DNA of 64,000 nucleotides, taken from contig JAUYQP010000015.1 in NCBI GenBank assembly GCA_030697205.1, positions 67,093-131,092 on the forward strand, read 5' to 3'. The DNA comes from Mycobacteriales bacterium (GTDB lineage Bacteria; Actinomycetota; Actinomycetes; Mycobacteriales; SCTD01). Of the stretch, positions 1 through 9,634 are shown piece by piece. The notes beneath the pieces were generated by a model that saw only the letters and a list, made by a program, of their open reading frames with translations, had not been told where the DNA came from and did not search any database. The position numbers and the translations under genes are program-made. Position 1 is the first letter of the stretch. Each line of letters opens with the position of its first letter.

Positions 1-10
1 CATGCCGGGC

Positions 11-988
11 TCACGTGGCGAGCGGGACCGGCACCGCCGCGAGCAGCTCGGCGACCAGCTGCTGCCCGCGCCGCAGCCCGCCGCCGCTGTCGCGCAGCAC
101 GAGCCGGTGGCCGAGGACGGGCGGGGCGAGGACCTTCACGTCGTCGGGCGTGACGTGGTCGCGCCCGGCCAGCAGCGCCCGCGACTGCGCGCAGTGGACG
201 AGGGTCAGCGCCGCGCGGGTGCTCGCGCCGAGCACGACGCCGGGGTGCGACCTGGTCGCCTCGACGACCCGCACCGCGTGGTCGAGGACGGCGTCGGCGA
301 CGTGCGTGCGGCGTACCTCTCGTCGCACTGCGGCGAGCTCGCCCGGGCTGGTCACGGCGACCAGCTCACCGACCGTCGCGTGGTCGAGCTGCTCGCGCAC
401 GACCAGCCGCTCGGTGGCCGGGTCGTTGGCGCCGAGGGTGAGGGTGACGGCGAAGCGGTCGAGCTGGGCCTCGGGCAGGGGGTAGGTGCCGTACTGCTCG
501 AGGGGGTTCTGGGTCGCGAGCACGACGAAGGGGTCGGGCAGCGGGTGACGGGTGCCGTCGACGGTGACCGCGCCCTCGTCCATCGCCTCGAGGAACGCCG
601 ACTGGGTCCGCGGCGGGGTGCGGTTGAGCTCGTCGACCAGGACGACGTGGCCGAAGACCGGGCCGGGCACGAAGGCGAAGGCGCGCCGCTCGGGCTCCCA
701 GACGCCGCTGCCGGTGATGTCGGCGGGCAGCAGGTCGGCGGTGCCCTGGATGCGCCGGAAGGTGCCACCGAGGCACTGCGCGACGGCCCGCGCGAGGGTC
801 GTCTTGCCGCTGCCGGGGACGTCCTCGACGAGCACGTGCCCGCCGGCGAGGACGGCGCAGACGACGAGCTCGACCTGGGCGCGGCGGCCGTGGACGACCT
901 GCTCGACACCGGCGACCAGGCGCGCGGCGACGAGGGCCGCCTCCGAGCGCGCGAGGGGCAGGTCGGACGGGACAGCGGCAAGGCTCAC
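11..988 (-). CDS. MoxR-family AAA+ ATPase
   Basis: 325-aa ORF; Walker A PGSGKTT, Walker B VVLVDELNR, MoxR-like length and layout. Confidence 0.85.
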   Translation of the reverse strand: MSLAAVPSDLPLARSEAALVAARLVAGVEQVVHGRRAQVELVVCAVLAGGHVLVEDVPGSGKTTLARAVAQCLGGTFRRIQGTADLLPADITGSGVWEPERRAFAFVPGPVFGHVVLVDELNRTPPRTQSAFLEAMDEGAVTVDGTRHPLPDPFVVLATQNPLEQYGTYPLPEAQLDRFAVTLTLGANDPATERLVVREQLDHATVGELVAVTSPGELAAVRREVRRTHVADAVLDHAVRVVEATRSHPGVVLGASTRAALTLVHCAQSRALLAGRDHVTPDDVKVLAPPVLGHRLVLRDSGGGLRRGQQLVAELLAAVPVPLAT

Positions 989-1164
989 AGCTCACTCACA
1001 GGGGGCGCTCCAGGAACAGGGGGCAGGCGTCCCCTGGATCTTCGGCAGCGCGCAGCCCCACCTGCAGCCCCTGCAGCCCGTTACGTCCTACGGCGCGAGC
1101 GCGCGACCGCAACGCCGTCCGCAGGACGCAACGCGGCAGACCGGGGCGCGTCCGGGCGCAGCGA

Positions 1165-3129
1165 TCAGTGGGCCGCGCGGACGACCTCGACGATGTCGCG
1201 CATGATCGTGTTGAGGGCGAAGTCCTTGGGCGTGAAGACCCGGGCGACGCCGAGCTCGCGCAGCCGCACCGCGTCGGACTCCGGGATGATGCCGCCGACC
1301 ACGACCGGCACGTCACCGGCACCGGCGTCGCGCAGGCCGGCCAGCACCGCCGGGACGACCTCCATGTGGGAGCCCGACAGCACCGACAGCCCGATGACGT
1401 GGACGTCCTCCTCGACCGCGGCCGCGACGATCTGCGACGGGGTGAGGCGGATGCCCTGGTAGACGACCTCGAAGCCGACGTCGCGGGCGCGCACGGCGAT
1501 CTGCTCGGCGCCGTTGGAGTGGCCGTCGAGGCCGGGCTTGCCGACCAGGAAGCGCAGCGGACCGCCGAGCTCCTCCGCGGTCGCCTTCACGAGCGCGCGG
1601 ACCTCGGCGACCTCGTCACCGGCCGGACCCGACGCCGACGCACCGGCGACACCGGTGGGCGCGCGGTACTCCCCGAAGACCTCGCGCAGGGCGCCGGCCC
1701 ACTCCCCCGTCGTGACGCCCGCGCGGGCGCAGACCAGGGTGGCGGCCATGAGGTTGTCCTCGGTCTTGGCGGCGTCGCGCAGCGCCCGCAGCGCCTCGTC
1801 GACGGCGAGCGCGTCGCGCCCGTCGCGCCAGGCACGGACCGCGTCGGCGGCCTGCTGCTCGACGGCCGGGTCGACGGTGAGGATCGACCCGTCGACGTCG
1901 GCGGTCAGCGGGCTCGGCTCGGTGGTGGTGAAGCGGTTGACGCCGACGACGACGTCCTCACCGGCCTCGATGCGGCGGCGCCGCTCGGCGTGCGAGCCGA
2001 CCAGCGCGGTCTTCATGTAGTCGACGGCCTCGATGGCGCCGCCCATGTCCTGGATGCGGGCCAGCTCCGCGCGCACCTCGGCGCACAGGTCGGAGACCTT
2101 GCCCTCGACGACGACGGAGCCCTCGAAGATGTCGTCGTACTCCAGCAGGTCCGTCTCGTAGGCCAGCACCTGCTGCAGCCGCAGCGACCACTGCTGGTCC
2201 CACGGGCGGGGCAGGCCGAGCGCCTCGTTCCACGCGGGCAGCTGGATCGCGCGGGCGCGCGCGTCCTTCGACAGCGTGACGCCGAGCATCTCGATGACGA
2301 TGCGCTGGACGTTGTTCTCCGGCTGGGCCTCGGTGAGGCCGAGGGAGTTGACCTGCACGCCGTAGCGGAAGCGACGGTGCTTGGGGTCCGTGACGCCGTA
2401 GCGGTCGGCGAGCAGCTCGTCCCAGAGCCGGCCGAAGGCGCGCATCTTGCACATCTCCTCGACGAAGCGGACGCCCGCGTTGACGAAGAAGGAGATGCGC
2501 GCGCAGACCTCGCCGAAGCGCTCGTCGGGGACCTGGCCCGAGGCCTTGACCGAGTCGAGGACAGCGATGGCCGTGGCGAGCGCGAAGGAGATCTCCTGGA
2601 CGGGCGTGGCGCCCGCCTCCTGCAGGTGGTAGCTGCAGATGTTGATGGGGTTCCACTTCGGGATCGCCGTGACGGTGTAGGCCACCATGTCGGTGATCAG
2701 CCGCAGCGACGGCCCGGGCGGGAAGACGTAGGTCCCGCGGGAGAGGTACTCCTTGACGATGTCGTTCTGGGTCGTGCCGGCGAGCTGACCGGGCTCTGCG
2801 CCCTGCTCCTCCGCGACGACCTCGTAGAGCGCGAGCAGCCACATCGCGGTGGCGTTGATCGTCATCGAGGTGTTCATCTCGGCGAGCGGGATCGCGTCGA
2901 ACAGCTGCCGCATGTCACCGACGTGGCTGATCGGCACGCCGACCTTGCCGACCTCGCCCCGGGCCAGCTCGGCGTCGGGGTCGTAGCCGGTCTGGGTCGG
3001 GAGGTCGAAGGCGACCGACAGACCGGTCTGGCCCTTCGCGAGGTTCATCCGGTAGAGCTCATTGGACTTCGCCGCCGAGGAGTGCCCGGCGTAGGTCCGC
3101 ATCACCCAGGGCTTGTCGCGCTCGGTCAT
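1165..3129 (-). CDS. meaA: B12-dependent acyl-CoA mutase, fused catalytic and B12-binding domains (ethylmalonyl-CoA mutase/MeaA-like)
   Basis: N-terminus MTERDKPWVMRTYAGHSS..GQTGLSVAFDLPTQTGYD closely resembles remembered Ecm/MeaA; C-terminal DGHSNG B12 motif; ATG at 3129 preceded by AGGAGG. Confidence 0.85.
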   Translation of the reverse strand: MTERDKPWVMRTYAGHSSAAKSNELYRMNLAKGQTGLSVAFDLPTQTGYDPDAELARGEVGKVGVPISHVGDMRQLFDAIPLAEMNTSMTINATAMWLLALYEVVAEEQGAEPGQLAGTTQNDIVKEYLSRGTYVFPPGPSLRLITDMVAYTVTAIPKWNPINICSYHLQEAGATPVQEISFALATAIAVLDSVKASGQVPDERFGEVCARISFFVNAGVRFVEEMCKMRAFGRLWDELLADRYGVTDPKHRRFRYGVQVNSLGLTEAQPENNVQRIVIEMLGVTLSKDARARAIQLPAWNEALGLPRPWDQQWSLRLQQVLAYETDLLEYDDIFEGSVVVEGKVSDLCAEVRAELARIQDMGGAIEAVDYMKTALVGSHAERRRRIEAGEDVVVGVNRFTTTEPSPLTADVDGSILTVDPAVEQQAADAVRAWRDGRDALAVDEALRALRDAAKTEDNLMAATLVCARAGVTTGEWAGALREVFGEYRAPTGVAGASASGPAGDEVAEVRALVKATAEELGGPLRFLVGKPGLDGHSNGAEQIAVRARDVGFEVVYQGIRLTPSQIVAAAVEEDVHVIGLSVLSGSHMEVVPAVLAGLRDAGAGDVPVVVGGIIPESDAVRLRELGVARVFTPKDFALNTIMRDIVEVVRAAH

Positions 3130-3187
3130 GACCACCTCCTGACCGAACTGTATTCGGAACACTCGCGACGCTCGTGTGAGACCTGTC

Positions 3188-4039
3188 TCAGCCGAGCTGC
3201 AGCTCGCGCGCGGCCGGAGCGGGGTGGCAGCCGGCCGCCGCCCCGAGGGCCGTCAGCCCGGCCCGGTCGCCGCGGCCGAACTCGCTCTCGCTGTTGGTCG
3301 TCGTGACGTGCATGACCTGCGTCGCGTCGTCGACGTGGCCGAGACCCACGACGTGGGTGAGCTCGTGCAGCAGCACCTCGCCCTCGGTCGCTCCCGGGCC
3401 GAAGCCCGACGCCAGCCGGTGGTCCGCGTCGAGCACGACCTGCCCGGTGACGAGGTGGCCACCCGCGTCGGTGCCGGGCACGGCGACGGCCACCGCGAGC
3501 CCCTGCGTGCCGTCACCGATCGGCAGGTCGGTGCGGGCGGCCGGCACCCACCCGACGAGCAGCGGCGCCCACCGCTGGCCGTAGCGCTCGGACTGGTAGG
3601 CCGCGCGGCCGTCCGACGGCACCTCCTCGGTGTCGCCCTCGTCGACGAAGCGCAGCCCGCTGACCGCTGAGATCCGGCGCAGCGCCTCGGCGAGGTCGCG
3701 CCGCCCCTGCTGCGGCATCCACTGCGGCTGCACGACGTAGCGGATCGGCTCGCACGGGTCCCAGCGGGCCGGCCGCCCCGCCTCGTCGACGTAGCTCGCC
3801 GTCCACCCCACGACGGCCGGCGCGGGCTCGGTGACGGCCCGCAGCTGCGAGACCTGCCCGCTCTGCGCGGTGTCGCGCAGGCTCACCAGGCCGACGGCGA
3901 GCAGCGCGCCCGCGGCGACCAGGGCGACGAGCCACCCACGGGTACGCCGGGCCGGCGGGCCGCTCTGCACGGCCGGCGTGCCCCACGGCTGGCCGGCCTG
4001 CGGAGCGGGCGTCGGAGCGGCGCCGAAGTAGTCGTCCAC
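3188..4039 (-). CDS. membrane-anchored metzincin (matrixin-like) zinc metalloprotease
   Basis: HELTHVVGLGH = HExxHxxGxxH motif; N-terminal TM helix WLVALVAAGALLAVGLV. Confidence 0.7.
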   Translation of the reverse strand: MDDYFGAAPTPAPQAGQPWGTPAVQSGPPARRTRGWLVALVAAGALLAVGLVSLRDTAQSGQVSQLRAVTEPAPAVVGWTASYVDEAGRPARWDPCEPIRYVVQPQWMPQQGRRDLAEALRRISAVSGLRFVDEGDTEEVPSDGRAAYQSERYGQRWAPLLVGWVPAARTDLPIGDGTQGLAVAVAVPGTDAGGHLVTGQVVLDADHRLASGFGPGATEGEVLLHELTHVVGLGHVDDATQVMHVTTTNSESEFGRGDRAGLTALGAAAGCHPAPAARELQLG

Positions 4040-4079
4040 GCGGCCTGATCGGCCTGCAGGCGGCAGGGCTGTAGGGCCG

Positions 4080-4415
4080 TCAGGCGCAGCGGGTCCGGCT
4101 GGTGCGCAGCACCCGGTCGAGCCGGGTCAGGAACAGCACCCGGCCCACCGCCGGGGTCACGTCGCGCAGCACCAGGGTCCGGCCGGTGCGGCTGGCCCGG
4201 CGGTGGGCGCCGACGAGGACGCCGAGACCCGTCGCGTCGATGGCCTCGAGTGCGGCGAGATCGACGACCAGGTCGCCGTCACCGCCCTCGACGGCGTCGG
4301 CGAGGGCGAGCCGCACGTCGGCGGCAGCGTGGACGTCGAGGTGTCCCGCGAGGGCCACCACACGGCCCGGGTCGGGTTGCGTGATGGTCAGGCAGTCGCT
4401 GTCGGTGTCGTGCAC
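4080..4415 (-). CDS. STAS-domain anti-sigma-factor antagonist
   Basis: 111 aa; SpoIIAA-like pattern ..DLAALEAIDATGLGVLV.. Confidence 0.75.
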   Translation of the reverse strand: MHDTDSDCLTITQPDPGRVVALAGHLDVHAAADVRLALADAVEGGDGDLVVDLAALEAIDATGLGVLVGAHRRASRTGRTLVLRDVTPAVGRVLFLTRLDRVLRTSRTRCA

Positions 4416-4598
4416 GTGCCACCTCCCCTGGGCCGTCCGGTTCGGGCGGCCTTGTAGGGGAAGACGCGCCGGACCGCCTTGCGGATGCCTCCAGGTGTGT
4501 CACGTCTGGGTCACGAATTCGAGCCGGCACGCGGGACGCCATCGGACCAGCCGTCGTTCCCGATGGCCGACCGCGCGTCGCGGTGAGAGCATGCAGGT

Positions 4599-4943
4599 GT
4601 GATCGTGTCGAGCTACCACTTCCTGCTCGGGCCGCTCGTGGCCCTCGGCGCTCTCGGCGTGATCATCCTCATCTGCCGCTGGGTGTTCTCCACCACCGAG
4701 CGCGACGATCGCATGGCGCGGCGCCTGGAGAAGGCCCGGTCCGCCGGCGACTTCGGCCTGCTGGTGCCGGTCGCGACCGTGCGGGTGGCCGACGATGCCG
4801 AGATGCTGCAGGGCGTCCTGCGCGAGGCCGGCATCCGCGCGACGGTGGCCCCGGCACCCGCGACGGAGACCTCGCCGCCCGGCTGGGCGGTGCTCGTCTT
4901 CCGGGCCGACGCCACCCGCGCCGAGCAGCTCGTCCGCTCCTGA
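4599..4943 (+). CDS. hypothetical small membrane protein
   Basis: 114-aa ORF (GTG start) with N-terminal TM helix; no family recognised. Confidence 0.4.
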   Translation: MIVSSYHFLLGPLVALGALGVIILICRWVFSTTERDDRMARRLEKARSAGDFGLLVPVATVRVADDAEMLQGVLREAGIRATVAPAPATETSPPGWAVLVFRADATRAEQLVRS

Positions 4944-4952
4944 CCCGAGCCG

Positions 4953-6221
4953 CTAGAAGAGCTCGGCGGGGGCGGCTTCCCGTCGTACGTCGGCCCCGAG
5001 CGCGACGAGCTGGTCGACGAAGCCGGCGTAGCCGCGGTCGATGTGGTGGACCTCGCCGACCTCGGTCACCCCGTCGGCGACGAGGCCGGCGAGCACCAGC
5101 GCCGCGCCGGCCCGGATGTCGTGGGCGCGCACCGGCGCGCCCGACAGCTGCTCGCGCCCGCGGACGACGGCGTGCTTGCCGTCGGTGCGGACGTCGGCAC
5201 CCAACCGCTTGAGCTCGTCGACGAACATCCAGCGCGCCTCGAAGACGTTCTCGGTGACCATCGCGGTGCCGTCGGCGATCGCGTTGACGGCCAGCACCAT
5301 CGGCTGCAGGTCGGTCGGGAAGCCCGGGTAGGGCAGCGTCACGACGTCGACGGAGCGCGGCCGCTCGTCCATCGTCACCCGGAAGCCGTCGTCCTCGACC
5401 GTCACCTCGGCGCCGGTCTGGTGGACCTTGTCGAGGGCCATCTCGAGGTGCTCGGGGCGGGCGCCGCGCACGTGCACGTCACCGCGGGTCATGACCGCTG
5501 CCATCGCCCAGGTGCCCGCGACGATGCGGTCCGGGACGGTCTCGTGGGTGGCGGGCGACAGCGACTCGACGCCGTCGACGACGAGCGTCGAGGTCCCGAT
5601 GCCGCCGACCTGAGCGCCCATCTGCACGAGCAGCTGGCACAGGTCGACGATCTCGGGCTCGCGGGCGGCGTTGTCGATGACGGTCGTGCCCTTGGCCAGC
5701 GCTGCGGCCATGAGGAGGTTCTCGGTGGCGCCGACGCTCGGGAAGTCGAGCCAGACCTGCGCGCCGGTCAGCCGCGGTGCCCGGGCGATGAGGTAGCCGT
5801 GCTCGCTCTCGACGGTGGCGCCGAGCTTGACGAGGCCGGCGACGTGCATGTCGAGACCCCGCGAGCCGATCGCGTCACCGCCGGGCAGCGCGACCTTGGC
5901 CTCGCCGCACCGGGCGACCAGCGGTCCGAGCACGGCGATGGAGGCGCGCATCCGGCGTACGAGGTCGTAGTCCGCCTCGTGGCCCGGCTGGGCCGGCACG
6001 TCGATCGCGACCGAGCCCTCGCCCTGCTCGACCGTGCAGCCGAGCCGACGCAGGACCTCGCTCATGATCGAGACGTCGAGGATGTCGGGGACGGCGGTGA
6101 GGGTGGTCGTGCCCTCGGCGAGCAGCGCCGCGGCCATCAGCTTGAGGACGCTGTTCTTCGCACCGGTCACGGCCACCTCACCGGCGAGGCGGGCACCTCC
6201 TGCGACGACGAAGCGGTCCAC
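4953..6221 (-). CDS. murA: UDP-N-acetylglucosamine 1-carboxyvinyltransferase
   Basis: [31 protein letters not shown].. typical MurA; GTG at 6221 chosen rather than the longer ORF start at 6308. Confidence 0.9.
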   Translation of the reverse strand: MDRFVVAGGARLAGEVAVTGAKNSVLKLMAAALLAEGTTTLTAVPDILDVSIMSEVLRRLGCTVEQGEGSVAIDVPAQPGHEADYDLVRRMRASIAVLGPLVARCGEAKVALPGGDAIGSRGLDMHVAGLVKLGATVESEHGYLIARAPRLTGAQVWLDFPSVGATENLLMAAALAKGTTVIDNAAREPEIVDLCQLLVQMGAQVGGIGTSTLVVDGVESLSPATHETVPDRIVAGTWAMAAVMTRGDVHVRGARPEHLEMALDKVHQTGAEVTVEDDGFRVTMDERPRSVDVVTLPYPGFPTDLQPMVLAVNAIADGTAMVTENVFEARWMFVDELKRLGADVRTDGKHAVVRGREQLSGAPVRAHDIRAGAALVLAGLVADGVTEVGEVHHIDRGYAGFVDQLVALGADVRREAAPAELF

Positions 6222-6306
6222 GCCGTCAGCATAGGGACGCAACCTTCGGCGAGCGGGTGGCGTCCTCCCTGTCAGCACCGACACGAGACCGACCTGAGGA
6301 GCACGC

Positions 6307-6831
6307 ATGGACGAGCAGGGACGCGAGGCCTTCCGGGCCTACGTCGCCGCGCGCTCGCCCGCGCTGATGCGCACGGCCTACCTGCTGACGGGCAGCCGCC
6401 CCGACGCCGAGGACCTGCTGCAGACCGCGCTGGCCAAGACCTACCTCGCGTGGGACCGGATCCGCGAGCGCGAGGCCGTCGACGGCTACGTGCGCAAGGT
6501 GATGGTCAACACGCAGACGTCGTTCTGGCGACGTCGCCGGGTCGACGAGCGACCGACCGAGTCGTTGCCCGAGCGGCCGGGGCGCGACGTCACCGCCGAC
6601 CTCGACCTGCACGACGCGCTGTGGACCGCCCTTGCGACGCTGACCAAGCGGCAGCGCGCGATGGTCGTCCTGCGCTACTACGAAGACCTTCCCGAGGCGG
6701 AGGTCGCCCGCGTGCTCGGCGTCTCCGTCGGCACCGTCAAGTCCACGACCTCCCGCGCGCTCACCGCGCTGCGCGACGACTCCGGCCTGCGCGACGACCC
6801 GCGCGCGGCCCTCCCGGCAGGAGCACTGTGA
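6307..6831 (+). CDS. ECF (sigma-70 family, SigE-type) RNA polymerase sigma factor
   Basis: 174 aa; region 2 ([20 protein letters not shown]) and region 4 ([19 protein letters not shown]). Confidence 0.85.
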   Translation: MDEQGREAFRAYVAARSPALMRTAYLLTGSRPDAEDLLQTALAKTYLAWDRIREREAVDGYVRKVMVNTQTSFWRRRRVDERPTESLPERPGRDVTADLDLHDALWTALATLTKRQRAMVVLRYYEDLPEAEVARVLGVSVGTVKSTTSRALTALRDDSGLRDDPRAALPAGAL

Positions 6832-8159
6832 TGGCCCCGATCGACGACGAGCTGCGCTCGACCCTCTCCGGTCGCGCCGACCTGGTCTCCCCCGCCGCCG
6901 ACCCCTTCGAGGGCATCGAGCGTCGGGCCCGCGGGATCCGGCGCCGCCGCGGTCTCGCTGCGGTCCTCGGTACGACGGCCGCCGTCGCCGCGATCGCCCT
7001 CGCGGTGCCCGCGATGATCGGTGGCACGACCCCGACCACTGCTCCTCAGGACTTCGCGACCCCGACAACGACCGGTGACCGGCCCACCAACGCGCTGGAC
7101 TGGCCATCGGTGAGCGGCAGCACGGCGCTGGACTCCGACGCTCGTGCGGAGTGGGGCCGTGTCCACGCCGCCTCAGACGCCTCGGGAGAGGTGCTCTTCC
7201 GCGGGCGCACCGCGGACGACAGGGAGGTCGTGCTGCTGCAGATCTGGGCGCCGGAGGGCAAGGCCCACGCGGTGATCGCCACCACAGGCGAAGAGGCGCC
7301 GCTGCTCCTGCTGGACCAGGTCGCGGAGCCCACGATCGACGGCTACAGGGCGATCGTGCCCGGAATCGAGACACCGCACGTCGTCGTGGTGGGTGCGCCA
7401 GGGACGAACTCGATCGACTACGCGGCCGACGGGCGCACCTTCCGCCTCGTGGCAACAGGGCGGAGCGCGGTCTTCCGTCGCACCGGCCCCACCGGGCCCT
7501 TGCAGGACCAGATCCGTGTGGATGACGGTTCATTCGTCTACGCCCAGCCCGCCGACCCGGATGCATCCGACCGTGCGTCAGCTGATGTCCCGTCGAACCT
7601 CCTGGCGGCGTGGCCGGAGCGTGGCGAACGCCCGGACGAGGACCTTGTGATCGGGGCGAAGCGCGGATTCGCCATGGCGGTCGACCGAGGGTCGGACATC
7701 TCCGCCGCTCGCTTCGTGGCGCACTTCGCGGGCTCGACCGACGGAGGCCTGCGCTACGTCCTCGGGCAGGCATGGTTCGTCGGCGAAGACACCGCCTATC
7801 CGGTGTCCTTCACCCTGGGCGGGGAGTCGGGCCAAGAGGTCTTCGTCGGGCGGCCGACCGCCGACAACGCGCAGGTGCTCGCCTTCGTCCCCTGCTGCTC
7901 CCCGGGGACCACGACCGACACGCTCGTGGTCATCCCGGCGCCGGGCGCCGGGCAGGTGCAGTACGGCGCGGCCAACAGCGAGTGGCGCGACGTCGGCGCC
8001 GGCCAGGACTACCTCGACGGTGTCGTCCTCGTCGACCGCGACCCCGGTGCGACCGACGACCGGCTGCGCATCCTCGACGGTGACGGCAACCTCGACGGTC
8101 CCTACCTCTACGAGGGCCCGGTGGCCGCCCTGCTCTGCGGGATCAAGGAGTGCGGCTGA
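6831..8159 (+). CDS. single-pass membrane protein coupled to the ECF sigma (possible anti-sigma/partner)
   Basis: ATG overlaps the sigma stop (TGATG); short cytoplasmic N-terminus, TM helix LAAVLGTTAAVAAIALAVPAMI, about 370-aa extracytoplasmic domain. Confidence 0.6.
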   Translation: MAPIDDELRSTLSGRADLVSPAADPFEGIERRARGIRRRRGLAAVLGTTAAVAAIALAVPAMIGGTTPTTAPQDFATPTTTGDRPTNALDWPSVSGSTALDSDARAEWGRVHAASDASGEVLFRGRTADDREVVLLQIWAPEGKAHAVIATTGEEAPLLLLDQVAEPTIDGYRAIVPGIETPHVVVVGAPGTNSIDYAADGRTFRLVATGRSAVFRRTGPTGPLQDQIRVDDGSFVYAQPADPDASDRASADVPSNLLAAWPERGERPDEDLVIGAKRGFAMAVDRGSDISAARFVAHFAGSTDGGLRYVLGQAWFVGEDTAYPVSFTLGGESGQEVFVGRPTADNAQVLAFVPCCSPGTTTDTLVVIPAPGAGQVQYGAANSEWRDVGAGQDYLDGVVLVDRDPGATDDRLRILDGDGNLDGPYLYEGPVAALLCGIKECG

Positions 8160-8192
8160 CAGAGCGGGGGCCGGCCCGCCCGGCTCGCTAGC

Positions 8193-8245
8193 CCGGATGT
8201 GGCGATCACGCACGCTGGAGACGGCGTCGTGATCGCCACATCCGG
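8193..8245. repeat. perfect 18-bp inverted repeat (CCGGATGTGGCGATCACG / CGTGATCGCCACATCCGG), 17-nt loop; probable terminator; copy 1 of a repeated element
   Basis: Read directly; lies 34 nt after the stop at 8159; shares the exact 18-mer CGGATGTGGCGATCACGC with 49925-49942. Confidence 0.7.
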
Positions 8246-8287
8246 CTGTGCGGGCCTGGTCCGCCCCGTCCACCTACGCTGACGGGC

Positions 8288-8866
8288 ATGGCCGTGCACC
8301 TGACGAGGATCTACACCAAGACCGGCGACGACGGCACGACCGCCCTCGGCGACATGAGCCGGGTCCGCAAGACCGACCCGCGGCTCGCGGCGTACGCCGA
8401 TGTCGACGAGGCCAACTCCGCGATCGGTGTCGCGGTCGCCCTCGGCGGGCTGTCCGAGGACCTCACCGCGCTGCTCGTGCGCATCCAGAACGACCTCTTC
8501 GACGTCGGCGCTGACCTGTGCACCCCCGTCGTCGCGGACCCGCAGTACCCCCCGCTGCGCGTGACGCCCGCCTACACCGAGCGGCTCGAGGCGGCCTGCG
8601 ACGACTACAACGCCCGGCTCGAGAAGCTGGCCAGCTTCATCCTCCCCGGCGGCACCCCGGGTGCTGCGCTCCTGCACGTCGCGCGGACCGTCGCCCGCCG
8701 GGCCGAGCGCTCGGTGTGGGCGCTGCTCGAGGACCAGCCGGACACGACCAACCGCGAGCCGGTGCTCTACCTCAACCGGCTGTCCGACCTGCTGTTCATC
8801 CTGTCGCGGGTGGCGAACCCGGGCGGCGACGTCCTCTGGCAGCCCGGCGGCGACCGCACCACCTGA
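8288..8866 (+). CDS. ATP:cob(I)alamin adenosyltransferase, PduO type
   Basis: MAVHLTRIYTKTGDDGTT.. canonical PduO N-terminus; 192 aa. Confidence 0.9.
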   Translation: MAVHLTRIYTKTGDDGTTALGDMSRVRKTDPRLAAYADVDEANSAIGVAVALGGLSEDLTALLVRIQNDLFDVGADLCTPVVADPQYPPLRVTPAYTERLEAACDDYNARLEKLASFILPGGTPGAALLHVARTVARRAERSVWALLEDQPDTTNREPVLYLNRLSDLLFILSRVANPGGDVLWQPGGDRTT

Positions 8867-9097
8867 CCGGAACCCACCCGACCCGCACCACCTGACCGGC
8901 CCGGCGGCCCCGGCCAGGCGGGCGGCGACCGGCGGCGACCGGTGCGCGGGACGGCGGATGCGCGTGCGCGTGCCGGTGGGGCGCCTGCCGAGCACGCTCA
9001 AGCAGGCTCGCGCCACGTCGGCCCAGCCCCACGCGCACGCAGTTGCGCCGGCGAAGCCGAGCGAGACGAGCAGCGGGCGCGTCTGAGGTGGAGGTGG

Positions 9098-9120
9098 ACG
9101 GGTCAGGGATGGTGACCCGT
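9098..9120 (-). terminator. hairpin downstream of the atp operon/DUF2550 gene
   Basis: ACGGGTCA-7 nt-TGACCCGT, 8-bp stem, 29 nt past the stop at 9149; no U-tract. Confidence 0.4.
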
Positions 9121-9148
9121 GAGTCCGAGCGAGAACCGCGGTGGGCGG

Positions 9149-9586
9149 CTACCGGTGCAGGCGGGCGCCGGGCGGCTGGGACTCCAGCCAGGCGAGGAAG
9201 CCGGTGACGGCGCGCTCCTCGAGCGCGATCTGCACCGGGCCGGACGGCTCGCGGCACTCCAGCACGATCGCGCCCTTGAGCAGCGCGAACGCCTCGGGCC
9301 CGGTGGGCTTGCGACGCTCGGACACGACGAGGGTCGCGCGCGCGAGCCGACGGCGCGGGCGCATCGACAGCGAGAAGACGCGGTACCAGTGCAGCTCGTC
9401 GCCGGCGAACTTGCCGACGCCGAGCACCCAACCGCGGCCTCGCGAGCGGGCGTTGAGACGCAGCGAGAGGTCGACGGTGCCGCCACCGCGCTGCAGGACC
9501 CGGCGGCGCACCGCGATCGCGCCGAGCGGCACGGCCACGAGCAGCACGAGGGCGACGCCCACCTCGAGGGCGATCAGCGCCTTCAC
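9149..9586 (-). CDS. DUF2550-family membrane protein (Rv1312-like)
   Basis: 145 aa, N-terminal TM helix, positioned directly after atpC as in other actinobacteria. Confidence 0.75.
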   Translation of the reverse strand: MKALIALEVGVALVLLVAVPLGAIAVRRRVLQRGGGTVDLSLRLNARSRGRGWVLGVGKFAGDELHWYRVFSLSMRPRRRLARATLVVSERRKPTGPEAFALLKGAIVLECREPSGPVQIALEERAVTGFLAWLESQPPGARLHR

Positions 9587-9634
9587 GTCTGCTCGCCGGG
9601 TCCGGGGCTCGCGGTCTCGCTGGCCTGATCCGAC

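Noticed and set aside
989-1164. 176-bp gap between meaA and the MoxR gene with short GCTGCAGG repeats and a CAGGGG..CCCCTG hairpin
   Set aside because: The stems are short (6 bp) and the repeats are trivial in this GC context. It is most simply a terminator/promoter spacer, and nothing supports more.
3130-3187. Cobalamin riboswitch upstream of the B12-dependent mutase
   Set aside because: Only 58 nt separate the mutase start from the upstream gene's stop, which is too short for a roughly 200-nt cobalamin riboswitch. No B12-box was seen.
1168-3306. Mirror ORFs opposite meaA, atpD (9744..11627), atpA (12476..14167), rho (22078..24345), argS (29455..30972), the phosphoesterase (60825..62957) and others
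   Set aside because: Each lies exactly antisense to a gene with strong family motifs. All have low-complexity Arg/Gly/Ala/Asp composition and no recognisable domains.
5043-6830. N-terminal 596 codons of the 1038-aa plus-strand ORF 5043..8159
   Set aside because: This part is antisense to murA and overlaps the ECF sigma gene out of frame. Only the part from the ATG at 6831 has a plausible start (coupled to the sigma stop), a TM helix and normal composition.
8020-8232. Short ORFs starting MWRSR.. in both palindromic elements (8020..8232 tail and 49928..50209)
   Set aside because: The shared peptide start is simply the translation of the shared ATGTGGCGATCACGC repeat. The downstream sequences are unrelated and Arg/Pro-rich.
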